Source: an uncultured Coriobacteriaceae bacterium (lineage in GTDB: Bacteria > Actinomycetota > Coriobacteriia > Coriobacteriales > QAMH01). From it: 62,062 bases of DNA. Positions 48,674-57,409 of this stretch are shown one piece after another. The DNA is taken from the NCBI GenBank assembly GCA_964388185.1, contig CAYLYJ010000002.1, positions 1 through 62,062 of the forward strand. The letters run 5' to 3'. Made by a program: the position numbers and the translations under genes. The notes below the pieces were generated by a model that saw nothing but the letters and a program-made list of their open reading frames with translations, was not told the origin of the DNA and ran no database searches. Position 1 is the stretch's first letter; each line of letters opens with the position of its first letter.

Positions 48674-50557
48674 ATGGGTAAACGCTGTTCTTTTGGCCGT
48701 ATGCTTGCTGCAGCTTGTGTGCTTGCGTGCGCATGCATTTTTGCCGTGGGCCTGAGTCCTGCCTTTGCAGACGAGAGCACACCGCCAAGCGTTGATTCCT
48801 CTACGAAGCAAGTGCTTCAAGATTCGTCTGATCTTGCAAGTGCCCCCGCTGTCTCTGATGCGAACAAGGCTCCCAACAGCGACGAGAACGCAGATGCGTC
48901 GCATGAGGATGCCAAGGACGCGTCTATCGTCGATGCCGGCAAAGGGGACTCGAGCGTGACCTCCGGCGCGGACGTGGCAGAAAAGCCTGCCACTCCCACT
49001 ACCGATGCCAAAGATGATGGCAAGCAGACTACCTCGGAAGATTCCAAAGACGCACTCAAGGCAACCGAAGCAAAATACGAGGATACGCATACCAATACGT
49101 ATCGTCTTTACAATCCTAATTCGGGCGAACACTTCTACACCGTAAACCTGAACGAGGCAACGAGGCTCGCCAATATAGGCTGGCGTTGGGAGGGCGTCGG
49201 CTGGGTTGCCCCGCTTACGGGGAGTCCCGTATATCGTCTCTATAATCCCAACGCGGGCGATCACCACTACACTTTGAGCACCCGCGAGCGCGATAATCTC
49301 GTGCGTTTGGGCTGGAAGTATGAAGGCATTGGCTGGTATTCGGATGGTAAAGGCCAATCCGCAATCCTTCGCCAGTACAACCCCAATGCAAAGGCGGGCG
49401 CACACAATTTCACCGTCTCAAAGTCTGAGAACGACCATCTTGGTTCTGTCGGATGGAAGCGCGAGGGCACGGCTTGGTATGCCACGAACGGTCCCACGCT
49501 TGCCATCAAGGCCCAGTGGCTCGTCACGAGTGCATGGGGCACTCTCGAGCGATACTGGCTTGCCTCGGATGGCACCATCGCCAAGAACCGCTTCATCGAC
49601 CCCAAAGAAGGCTCGGGATACGCTGCCTATGCCACTGGCAGCGGTGCTGTCGTTCGCGGTGCTCGCGACATAGGTAACGGGTACGCGATTCTTGCCAACA
49701 ATGACGGCAAACTCGCATCGACTGCCAACGGGAAAGACGGCTGGCTTGTTACCAAGGCATATGCCGGTGGTATACAGCGCTACTACTACGTGGCCGCGAA
49801 GAAAGCATTTCGTGTCGGCTTCTTCACCGTCGATAAGGCGCAGTACTACGGCATTTCAAATAAGGCCTATGTTTTGCGCGGCAAGACCACCTACAAGAAT
49901 AATGTGCTCCTTGCCGATAATGATGGCAAGCTTGCCATGGGGACTGGATGGCTTGTTACCAGCAAGTACGACGGGGGCATGCAACGCTATTGGCTTGTCA
50001 AGGTGTCCGGTGATTACTCGGGTGCCAAGACCGGCCTCTTTACGGTGGGCAAGTCTCAATATTACGGAACGCCGCAAAAGGGTTATGTTGCCCGCAATCA
50101 ATACGTGAACAGTGGTCGCTGGTATAGGGCAAACAATGATGGCGTCCTTACCCCGAGTGCTGCTCCCGAAGAGGCAGACATGCTCCTGCGAGCCCAGGGT
50201 CTTTCGAGTCGTACCAACACGCTCGTTCTCGTCGACACCAACAAATGTCGTGTGGGCATCTTCAAGGGAAGCAAAGGCAATTGGGTTACCGATCGTTTCG
50301 AAGCTTGCGTCTGTGGCGCCCCGGGGTCACCCACCATCAGAGGAACCTATTCACTTGGTTATCACCTGCCAGTTCTCCCCGATTGGTCGAATGCCCTGTA
50401 TTGCACCAACATCTCGGGTGGCTACTTCTTCCATAGCGTTCTGGGTTCCACGAGTGAGCTTGGGCAGCATCTCTCCCATGGTTGCGTGCGCGTGAACTGG
50501 CCTACGGCTCAGTACATACAATCATTGCCGTACGGGTCAACGGTGCAACTCTACTAG
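48674..50557 (+). CDS. L,D-transpeptidase (YkuD domain) with an N-terminal triple repeat and central choline/glucan-binding-like aromatic repeats.
   Basis: ORF 48545..50557. The ATG at 48674 gives MGKRCSFGRMLAAACVLACACIFAVG. The triple repeat lies at 49100-49480. The C-terminal catalytic motif is HSVLG...LSHGCVRV. Confidence 0.8.
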   Translation: MGKRCSFGRMLAAACVLACACIFAVGLSPAFADESTPPSVDSSTKQVLQDSSDLASAPAVSDANKAPNSDENADASHEDAKDASIVDAGKGDSSVTSGADVAEKPATPTTDAKDDGKQTTSEDSKDALKATEAKYEDTHTNTYRLYNPNSGEHFYTVNLNEATRLANIGWRWEGVGWVAPLTGSPVYRLYNPNAGDHHYTLSTRERDNLVRLGWKYEGIGWYSDGKGQSAILRQYNPNAKAGAHNFTVSKSENDHLGSVGWKREGTAWYATNGPTLAIKAQWLVTSAWGTLERYWLASDGTIAKNRFIDPKEGSGYAAYATGSGAVVRGARDIGNGYAILANNDGKLASTANGKDGWLVTKAYAGGIQRYYYVAAKKAFRVGFFTVDKAQYYGISNKAYVLRGKTTYKNNVLLADNDGKLAMGTGWLVTSKYDGGMQRYWLVKVSGDYSGAKTGLFTVGKSQYYGTPQKGYVARNQYVNSGRWYRANNDGVLTPSAAPEEADMLLRAQGLSSRTNTLVLVDTNKCRVGIFKGSKGNWVTDRFEACVCGAPGSPTIRGTYSLGYHLPVLPDWSNALYCTNISGGYFFHSVLGSTSELGQHLSHGCVRVNWPTAQYIQSLPYGSTVQLY

Positions 50558-50583
50558 ACACGCTGTCTGTTTTATAGGCATGC

Positions 50584-50625
50584 GAGCGGGCATCTTCTAA
50601 TGGGAAGATGCCCGCTCTTATTCTC
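50584..50625 (+). terminator. Intrinsic terminator GAGCGGGCATCTTC-TAATGG-GAAGATGCCCGCTC followed by a T-rich tail.
   Basis: Perfect 14-bp stem (50584-50597 and 50604-50617), located 27 nt after the stop at 50557. Confidence 0.8.
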
Positions 50626-50679
50626 TCCATTAGATTTATAATCTATCGATATCTATACCCAAACTGAGGAGCAAATCAC

Positions 50680-51579
50680 ATGAAGGGAATCATCTTGGCA
50701 GGTGGCAGCGGCACGCGCCTCTATCCGCTTACGCTCGTTACGAGCAAGCAGCTCTTGCCAGTCTACGACAAGCCGATGATCTACTATCCGCTCGCCACGC
50801 TCATGATGGCGGGCATTCGCGACATCCTCATCATCTCCACGCCGACCGACCTTCCCAATTTCGAGCGTTTGCTGGGCGACGGAAGTCAGCTCGGTATCCA
50901 CTTGTCCTACAAGGTGCAGCCTTCGCCCGATGGTCTTGCCCAGGCATTTATCATCGGCGAGGAGTTTTGCGCAGGAGAGCCTTGCGCGCTTGTGCTTGGC
51001 GACAACATTTTCTATGGCAATGGCTTTCGCGATCAGTTGAAGCGTGCGGTCAATCGAGCCGAGAACGGGGAGGGCTCCACGGTCTTCGGCTATTACGTCG
51101 ATGATCCCGAACGCTTTGGCGTCGTCGAGTTCGACGAGAACTACAACGCCGTTTCAATCGAGGAGAAGCCCGAACATCCCAAGAGCAACTATGCGGTCAC
51201 GGGTCTGTATTTCTATGATGAGCGCGTGTGCGAGCTTGCAAAGAAGGTCAAGCCCTCGCCGCGCGGTGAGCTCGAAATCACCGACCTCAACGAGATGTAC
51301 CTCAACGACGGTTCTCTCAATGTCGAAGTGCTTGGGCGTGGCTATGCATGGCTCGACACGGGCACGATGGAATCGCTGTTTGAAGCGACGAATTTCGTGC
51401 GCACGGTCGAGCAGGCCCAAGGCATTCCCGTGAGCGTCATCGAGGAGATTGCCTATGGCAATGGCTGGATCGATCGCGATCAGCTTATCGAGGCCGCGAA
51501 TAAGTATGGCAAGAGCAGCTACGGTAAGTATCTCAAGAGTGTGAGCGAGAACAAGTTCTACGCAAAGGATGGTAAGTAA
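50680..51579 (+). CDS. rmlA: Glucose-1-phosphate thymidylyltransferase.
   Basis: 299-aa ORF starting [18 protein letters not shown], with [10 protein letters not shown] and a full-length RmlA pattern. Confidence 0.95.
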   Translation: MKGIILAGGSGTRLYPLTLVTSKQLLPVYDKPMIYYPLATLMMAGIRDILIISTPTDLPNFERLLGDGSQLGIHLSYKVQPSPDGLAQAFIIGEEFCAGEPCALVLGDNIFYGNGFRDQLKRAVNRAENGEGSTVFGYYVDDPERFGVVEFDENYNAVSIEEKPEHPKSNYAVTGLYFYDERVCELAKKVKPSPRGELEITDLNEMYLNDGSLNVEVLGRGYAWLDTGTMESLFEATNFVRTVEQAQGIPVSVIEEIAYGNGWIDRDQLIEAANKYGKSSYGKYLKSVSENKFYAKDGK

Positions 51580-51582
51580 TCG

Positions 51583-52488
51583 ATGAAGATCCTCGTGACC
51601 GGTGAGCGCGGACAGCTCGGAAACGAGCTGAGGCGCTGTTTCGATACCATGCAGGCCGAGATTGGCCCCATTCCCGACCTGTACAGGGACGCCGAAGTCG
51701 ATTACATCGATTATCAGGTGCTCGACATCAGCGATGCATGTGCTGTAGATGCGTGGTTTGCCGAGCATGGCCCCTATGATCTCACGATTAACTGTGCGGC
51801 CATCACCAACGTGGACGGCTGCGAGCAAAACGAGGCGGGCGCACTGCACGTCAATGCTGTCGGTGCCGAGAACATGGCCCGCGCTGTTCGGGATTGCGGT
51901 GGCAAAATCGTTCATATTTCCACTGACTACGTTTTTCCGGGCACTAATCCCGTGCCTCGTGTCGAGACCGACGCGATCGCTCCCATCTCTGCGTATGGGC
52001 GTACCAAGTGGGAGGGTGAGGTGCTTACGAGCGCTGCATGCGAGAAGAGCTTCGTCGTGCGTACGGCATGGCTTTATGGCTACATCGGCAAGAACTTCGT
52101 CAAGACCATGCTGCGTCTGGCACGCGAGAATGGCAAGATTTCCGTCGTCAATGACCAGATGGGCAATCCGACGAGCGCCAACGACCTTGCCTACGAGATT
52201 CTCAAGATCGCGGCAACCGATAACTACGGCACGTATCACTGCACCAACAACGGTACGTGCAGCTGGTTCGATTTCGCCTGCGCCATTGTGGACGCAGCAG
52301 GCATCGAATGCGAGAAGGAGGGGCTGAGCTCCGCCGAGTACAAGGAACGCTTTCCGCAAAGTGCCGATCGTCCGGCTTATTCGAGCTTGGAGAACGCGCA
52401 TCTGGCGGCTACCATCGGAGACGAGATGCGTCCCTGGCAAGACGCGCTTGCGACGTATATGGACAAGTTTGAGGAATTGGCAGACTAA
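51583..52488 (+). CDS. rmlD: dTDP-4-dehydrorhamnose reductase.
   Basis: 301-aa ORF starting MKILVTGERGQLG, with STDYVF and YGRTK. Confidence 0.9.
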   Translation: MKILVTGERGQLGNELRRCFDTMQAEIGPIPDLYRDAEVDYIDYQVLDISDACAVDAWFAEHGPYDLTINCAAITNVDGCEQNEAGALHVNAVGAENMARAVRDCGGKIVHISTDYVFPGTNPVPRVETDAIAPISAYGRTKWEGEVLTSAACEKSFVVRTAWLYGYIGKNFVKTMLRLARENGKISVVNDQMGNPTSANDLAYEILKIAATDNYGTYHCTNNGTCSWFDFACAIVDAAGIECEKEGLSSAEYKERFPQSADRPAYSSLENAHLAATIGDEMRPWQDALATYMDKFEELAD

Positions 52489-52657
52489 AGAGAGGGGGAC
52501 GTTTTGCGATGCCCGATGAGCAGAAGGGCTAAAATCGCGAAGCGGTCTTGCGAGGACTGTTTGAGCGCGCTGTCCTTGCGCGCGAGTTCCGCAGCAGCTG
52601 AGCGATTTTAGCCCTTCGGGTGCGAATCATTGGCGAGCAAAACGCCTTCCTCTCTTT
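52488..52657. repeat. ~170-bp imperfect palindrome that fills the rmlD-rmlC spacer.
   Basis: Perfect 16-nt arms GAAGGGCTAAAATCGC (52523-52538) and GCGATTTTAGCCCTTC (52602-52617). Outer arms are GTTTTGC (52501-52507) and GCAAAAC (52637-52643), with AGAGAGG and CCTCTCT outside those. Confidence 0.75.
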
Positions 52658-52675
52658 TACTTGTAAAGGGGAGAA

Positions 52676-53242
52676 ATGACAGCTGACAGAGTCATTACGA
52701 GTGGCAACTTCACCTTCACGCAGACCTCCATCGAGGGTGTCATCATCGTGGATGTGAAGGCATATGGCGATGATCGCGGCTACTTCATGGAGACGTACAA
52801 GCGCCCCGATTTCGTGGCAGGCGGCATCGACGTTGATTTCGTGCAGGACAATCAGAGTTCGTCCACCAAGGGCGTACTGCGTGGCCTGCATTTTCAGATT
52901 GAGCACCCCCAAAGCAAACTCGTGCGCGTCGTGAGCGGAGAGGTTTTCGACGTGTGCGTTGACCTGCGTGAGGGAAGTCCCACCTATGGCAAATGGGAAG
53001 GCGTCGTGCTCTCTGCCGAGAACAAGCGTCAGTTCTTCGTGCCGCGTGGCTTTGCGCATGGCTTTCTCGTGCTCTCGGATACGGCGGAGTTCTGCTATAA
53101 ATGCGATGATGTATACCATCCCAACGACGAGGGCGGCTACATGTACAATGACCCGGCTTTCGGCATCGAATGGCCGCAGGTTGACTGCGAAATCAACCTG
53201 AGCGAGAAGGACCGCAAGCATCCCGCGTTCAAGCGCGACTAG
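52676..53242 (+). CDS. rmlC: dTDP-4-dehydrorhamnose 3,5-epimerase.
   Basis: 188-aa ORF containing DDRGYFMETY, RGLHFQ and FVPRGFAHGF. Confidence 0.95.
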   Translation: MTADRVITSGNFTFTQTSIEGVIIVDVKAYGDDRGYFMETYKRPDFVAGGIDVDFVQDNQSSSTKGVLRGLHFQIEHPQSKLVRVVSGEVFDVCVDLREGSPTYGKWEGVVLSAENKRQFFVPRGFAHGFLVLSDTAEFCYKCDDVYHPNDEGGYMYNDPAFGIEWPQVDCEINLSEKDRKHPAFKRD

Positions 53243-54277
<1,035 letters not shown>

Positions 54278-54285
54278 AGCAAGCA

Positions 54286-54615
54286 ATGGGTATCGATGAC
54301 CTCATGTTCGACGAACGCGGGCTCATTTCCTGTGTCGTGCAGCAATACGACACGAACGAGGTCCTCATGGTCGCGTGGATGAACGCCGAGTCTCTCGAAC
54401 TCACGCGCACGACGGGCACCACCTGGTTCTGGTCACGTTCACGTCAGGAGCTCTGGAACAAAGGTTTAACGAGTGGAAACATTCAGACAGTCAAGGAGCT
54501 GTATTATGACTGTGACGGAGATACGCTTCTCGTCAAGGTCGATGCTGCCGGTCCTGCCTGTCATACGGGTGCGACGAGCTGCTTCTACCGTAAACTAGAC
54601 ATCAAGCATGATTAA
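54286..54615 (+). CDS. hisI: Phosphoribosyl-AMP cyclohydrolase.
   Basis: ORF 54223..54615; the ATG at 54286 lies after the rmlB stop. Contains [32 protein letters not shown] and CHTG. Confidence 0.85.
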   Translation: MGIDDLMFDERGLISCVVQQYDTNEVLMVAWMNAESLELTRTTGTTWFWSRSRQELWNKGLTSGNIQTVKELYYDCDGDTLLVKVDAAGPACHTGATSCFYRKLDIKHD

Positions 54616-54657
54616 GAGGATGACATGTGCCGTCATCCAGGGGAAGGGGTAGGCGCG

Positions 54658-56037
54658 ATGTCGGATGCATTCGCCGATGAGTTTGGCGTGATAGGATCGG
54701 CTGCGGCCGAGGCGAACAGGGACTACGTCCTCAAGACGGTGCAAGAGCGTCACATCCACTTCATTCGCATGTGGTTTACCGATGTGCTTGGCCAGATGAA
54801 GTCCTTTGCCATCACGCCGAGTGAGCTTGAGACCGCTTTTGATGAGGGCATGGGTTTTGACGGTAGCTCGATCGAGGGCTTTGCCCGCTCGGCAGAATCC
54901 GACATGATCGCACTTCCCGATGCGAGCACCTTTCAGGTGCTGCCCTGGCGTCCCAAGGATGATGGCGTGGCCCGCATGTTCTGCAACATCTTCACGCCCG
55001 AGCGCAAGCCCTTCGATGGCGATCCGCGCTACGTGTTGCGTCGCATGCTCACGAAAGCAGCGCGCATGGGTTACACGATGAACGTCGGCCCGGAACTCGA
55101 GTACTTCTACTTCAAGAACGCGACGACGCCCGAGCCCATCGACTACGCTGGCTTCTTTGACCTGACTGCCGATGATACGGCATCCGATTTGCGTCGTGAC
55201 ACGATTCTCACCCTCGAGCAGATGGGCATTCCCGTCGAGTACTCGCATCACGAGACCGCGCCTTCGCAGCAGGAAATCGATTTGCGCTATAGCGATGCGC
55301 TCTCTATGGCAGATGCAGTCATGACCTATCGCCTCGTGGTGAAGGAGGTCGCTCTCAAGCACGGCGTGCACGCGAGCTTCATGCCCAAACCGATTCGTGA
55401 TATCGATGGCAGCGGCATGCATGTGCACATCTCGCTGTTCCGCGATGACGAGAACGTCTTCTACGATGCGAATGACCCGCTGGGCTTTGGTCTATCGCAG
55501 ACGGCCAAGCACTACATCGCCGGCCTTCTCAAATATGCTCCCGAGATGACCCTCGTCACCAACCAATACGTCAACTCGTACAAGCGCCTCATTCCCGGAT
55601 TTGAGGCGCCAGTGTACGTGACCTGGGCAAATCGCAATCGCAACGCGCTCGTGCGCGTGCCACTGTACAAGCCCGGCAAGGCCAACGCCGCGCGCTTCGA
55701 GTACCGCAGTCCCGACCCGGCGTGCAATCCCTATCTCGTGTTCGCAGCGCTTCTGGGCGCGGGGCTACGCGGCATCGAAGACGAACTCGAGCTCGAGGCA
55801 CCTTTGACCGACGACCTCTCGGCGATGAGCGAGGAGGAAGCGCTTGCAGCGGGGTACCGCATGCTTCCCGGTGACCTGCATGAGGCCATCGAGCTCTTCG
55901 AACGCTCCGAGCTCATGCGCGAGATTCTTGGCGAGGAGATGCATCATTTCATCGTTGAGAACAAGAAAGAAGAGTGGCGCTCGTATCGCTCCCAGGTTAC
56001 GCAATGGGAGATCGAGCGTTACTTTCCGATTCTGTAG
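54658..56037 (+). CDS. glnA: Glutamine synthetase, type I.
   Basis: ORF 54625..56037; the ATG at 54658 follows GGGGAAGGGG. Contains FDGSSIEGF, GPELEYF, MPKP...GSGMHVH and NRNALVRVP. Confidence 0.9.
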   Translation: MSDAFADEFGVIGSAAAEANRDYVLKTVQERHIHFIRMWFTDVLGQMKSFAITPSELETAFDEGMGFDGSSIEGFARSAESDMIALPDASTFQVLPWRPKDDGVARMFCNIFTPERKPFDGDPRYVLRRMLTKAARMGYTMNVGPELEYFYFKNATTPEPIDYAGFFDLTADDTASDLRRDTILTLEQMGIPVEYSHHETAPSQQEIDLRYSDALSMADAVMTYRLVVKEVALKHGVHASFMPKPIRDIDGSGMHVHISLFRDDENVFYDANDPLGFGLSQTAKHYIAGLLKYAPEMTLVTNQYVNSYKRLIPGFEAPVYVTWANRNRNALVRVPLYKPGKANAARFEYRSPDPACNPYLVFAALLGAGLRGIEDELELEAPLTDDLSAMSEEEALAAGYRMLPGDLHEAIELFERSELMREILGEEMHHFIVENKKEEWRSYRSQVTQWEIERYFPIL

Positions 56038-56061
56038 GAAACAGCGGCAAGGGATAGGGTC

Positions 56062-56724
56062 ATGCACCGTAAACGCGTGCTATACATACAGGAGGGCATG
56101 CAGACCTACGGGCGCCTTGCGCGCCTGACCGCCGAGCTTGATGCTGATTTCGAGCTGTGTGCCGCAGGGGCGGCTGCTTCCTCGGTTCCATCGGCCGACC
56201 TTGTCGTCTGTGCGCTGGCAGACCTGCGTCATGATGGTCTTGCCGAGCTCGAACAGCGGTTGCGCGCGGCCGAAAACGTTGCGCTGCTGCTCGTGGTTGA
56301 AGCCGAAACGCTCCAGACCCTGCGTTTGCCTGTCCATATTCGTGCTGATTTTGTTCTGTCAACCTCTCCGGATGCAGAACTGCTCATTCGCATGCGGCGG
56401 TTACTGTGGCCGGGGGAGGAGACGGCAAACTCTGATTTCATCACGGTCGATTCGATGGTCATCAACCTCTCGACCTATCAGGTGCTTGTCGACGGAAGTC
56501 CTGTGGACTTCACCTATCTCGAATATGCGCTCCTCGCGTTTCTCGTCACGCACTCCGGTCACGTTTATTCGCGCGACGCTTTGCTCTCGCGCGTTTGGGG
56601 TTTCGATTACTTCGGGGGCTCGCGCACTGTTGACGTACATGTGCGACGCGTGCGCTCCAAGCTTGGCAATGATCTTGCCTCGCATCTACGGACCGTTCGC
56701 GGCGTCGGCTACATGTGGGAGTAG
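56062..56724 (+). CDS. OmpR/PhoB-family winged-helix regulator with a degenerate (pseudo-)receiver domain.
   Basis: 220-aa ORF. The C-terminal Trans_reg_C pattern is LEYALLAFLV...SRDALLSRVWG...RTVDVHVRRVRSKL...TVRGVGY. The receiver lacks the phospho-acceptor Asp and the conserved Thr and Lys when aligned by hand to OmpR. Confidence 0.7.
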   Translation: MHRKRVLYIQEGMQTYGRLARLTAELDADFELCAAGAAASSVPSADLVVCALADLRHDGLAELEQRLRAAENVALLLVVEAETLQTLRLPVHIRADFVLSTSPDAELLIRMRRLLWPGEETANSDFITVDSMVINLSTYQVLVDGSPVDFTYLEYALLAFLVTHSGHVYSRDALLSRVWGFDYFGGSRTVDVHVRRVRSKLGNDLASHLRTVRGVGYMWE

Positions 56725-56766
56725 ACGGGCAGTCCCATACGGTGGGCTTGCCTTCGCACCCGACTC

Positions 56767-56826
56767 TGTGTCAGGGGTCAGGCCCCTGTCACATGCGATG
56801 TGACAGGGGCCTGACCCCTGACACAT
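56767..56826. repeat. REP-like palindromic pair, site F. F1 (56767-56794) and F2 (56798-56825) are exact reverse complements and together form a 59-nt palindrome.
   Basis: Read directly. It lies between the convergent regulator (stop at 56724) and vsr (stop at 56893). Confidence 0.9.
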
Positions 56827-56892
56827 CGCAAAAACCAGACAAAAGTGTCCCGGCGATTATTGTCTGGTTTCGGGCTACGAATCAGGCGTACA

Positions 56893-57324
56893 TTAAATCT
56901 TTACGAAGGCGTATTCGATTTCGTCGTGGAGGCGCTGGCGGGTCTCTTCGATGCGGTCTTTCTTGAGCTCGCATTCCCAGATGACGACGACGTGCCATCC
57001 TTCGCTCTCGAGCTGTTCCTTGACGCGTTTGTCGCGGGCCTTGTTGCGCGCGAACTTCTGCTCCCAGAACTCCACGTTGCTCTTGGGCTTGCTCGCATAC
57101 TTGCAGCCCTCGTGCTGATGCCAATAGCACCCATGGACAAACACCGCGATGTGTCTGCCGGGGTACGCGATATCGGGGTGTCCGGCACACTTCTTCCAGT
57201 CGCAGCGATAACCCGGCCAGCCCATCTCGCGTAGCATCTTGCGCACGACAAGCTCCGGCTTCGTGTTCGCGCGCTTGTTCGCGACCATGACGTTATGTAC
57301 GGCTTCGCTTACCATCTGTCCCAT
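56893..57324 (-). CDS. vsr: Very-short-patch repair endonuclease.
   Basis: ORF 56893..57435 containing NTKPELVVRKMLREMG, PDIAYPGRHIAVFVHGCYWHQHEGC and FWEQKFARNKARD. The start was moved to the internal ATG at 57324 because longer forms would overlap the polA start; the start is uncertain. Confidence 0.8.
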   Translation of the reverse strand: MGQMVSEAVHNVMVANKRANTKPELVVRKMLREMGWPGYRCDWKKCAGHPDIAYPGRHIAVFVHGCYWHQHEGCKYASKPKSNVEFWEQKFARNKARDKRVKEQLESEGWHVVVIWECELKKDRIEETRQRLHDEIEYAFVKI

Positions 57325-57409
57325 GATACTGCACGAACCTGCATCGCAATGTCCCAAGTTCGCGGTACTATGGGGGCATTGTTCGCACACTTCGCCTGAA
57401 AGGCCGCTC

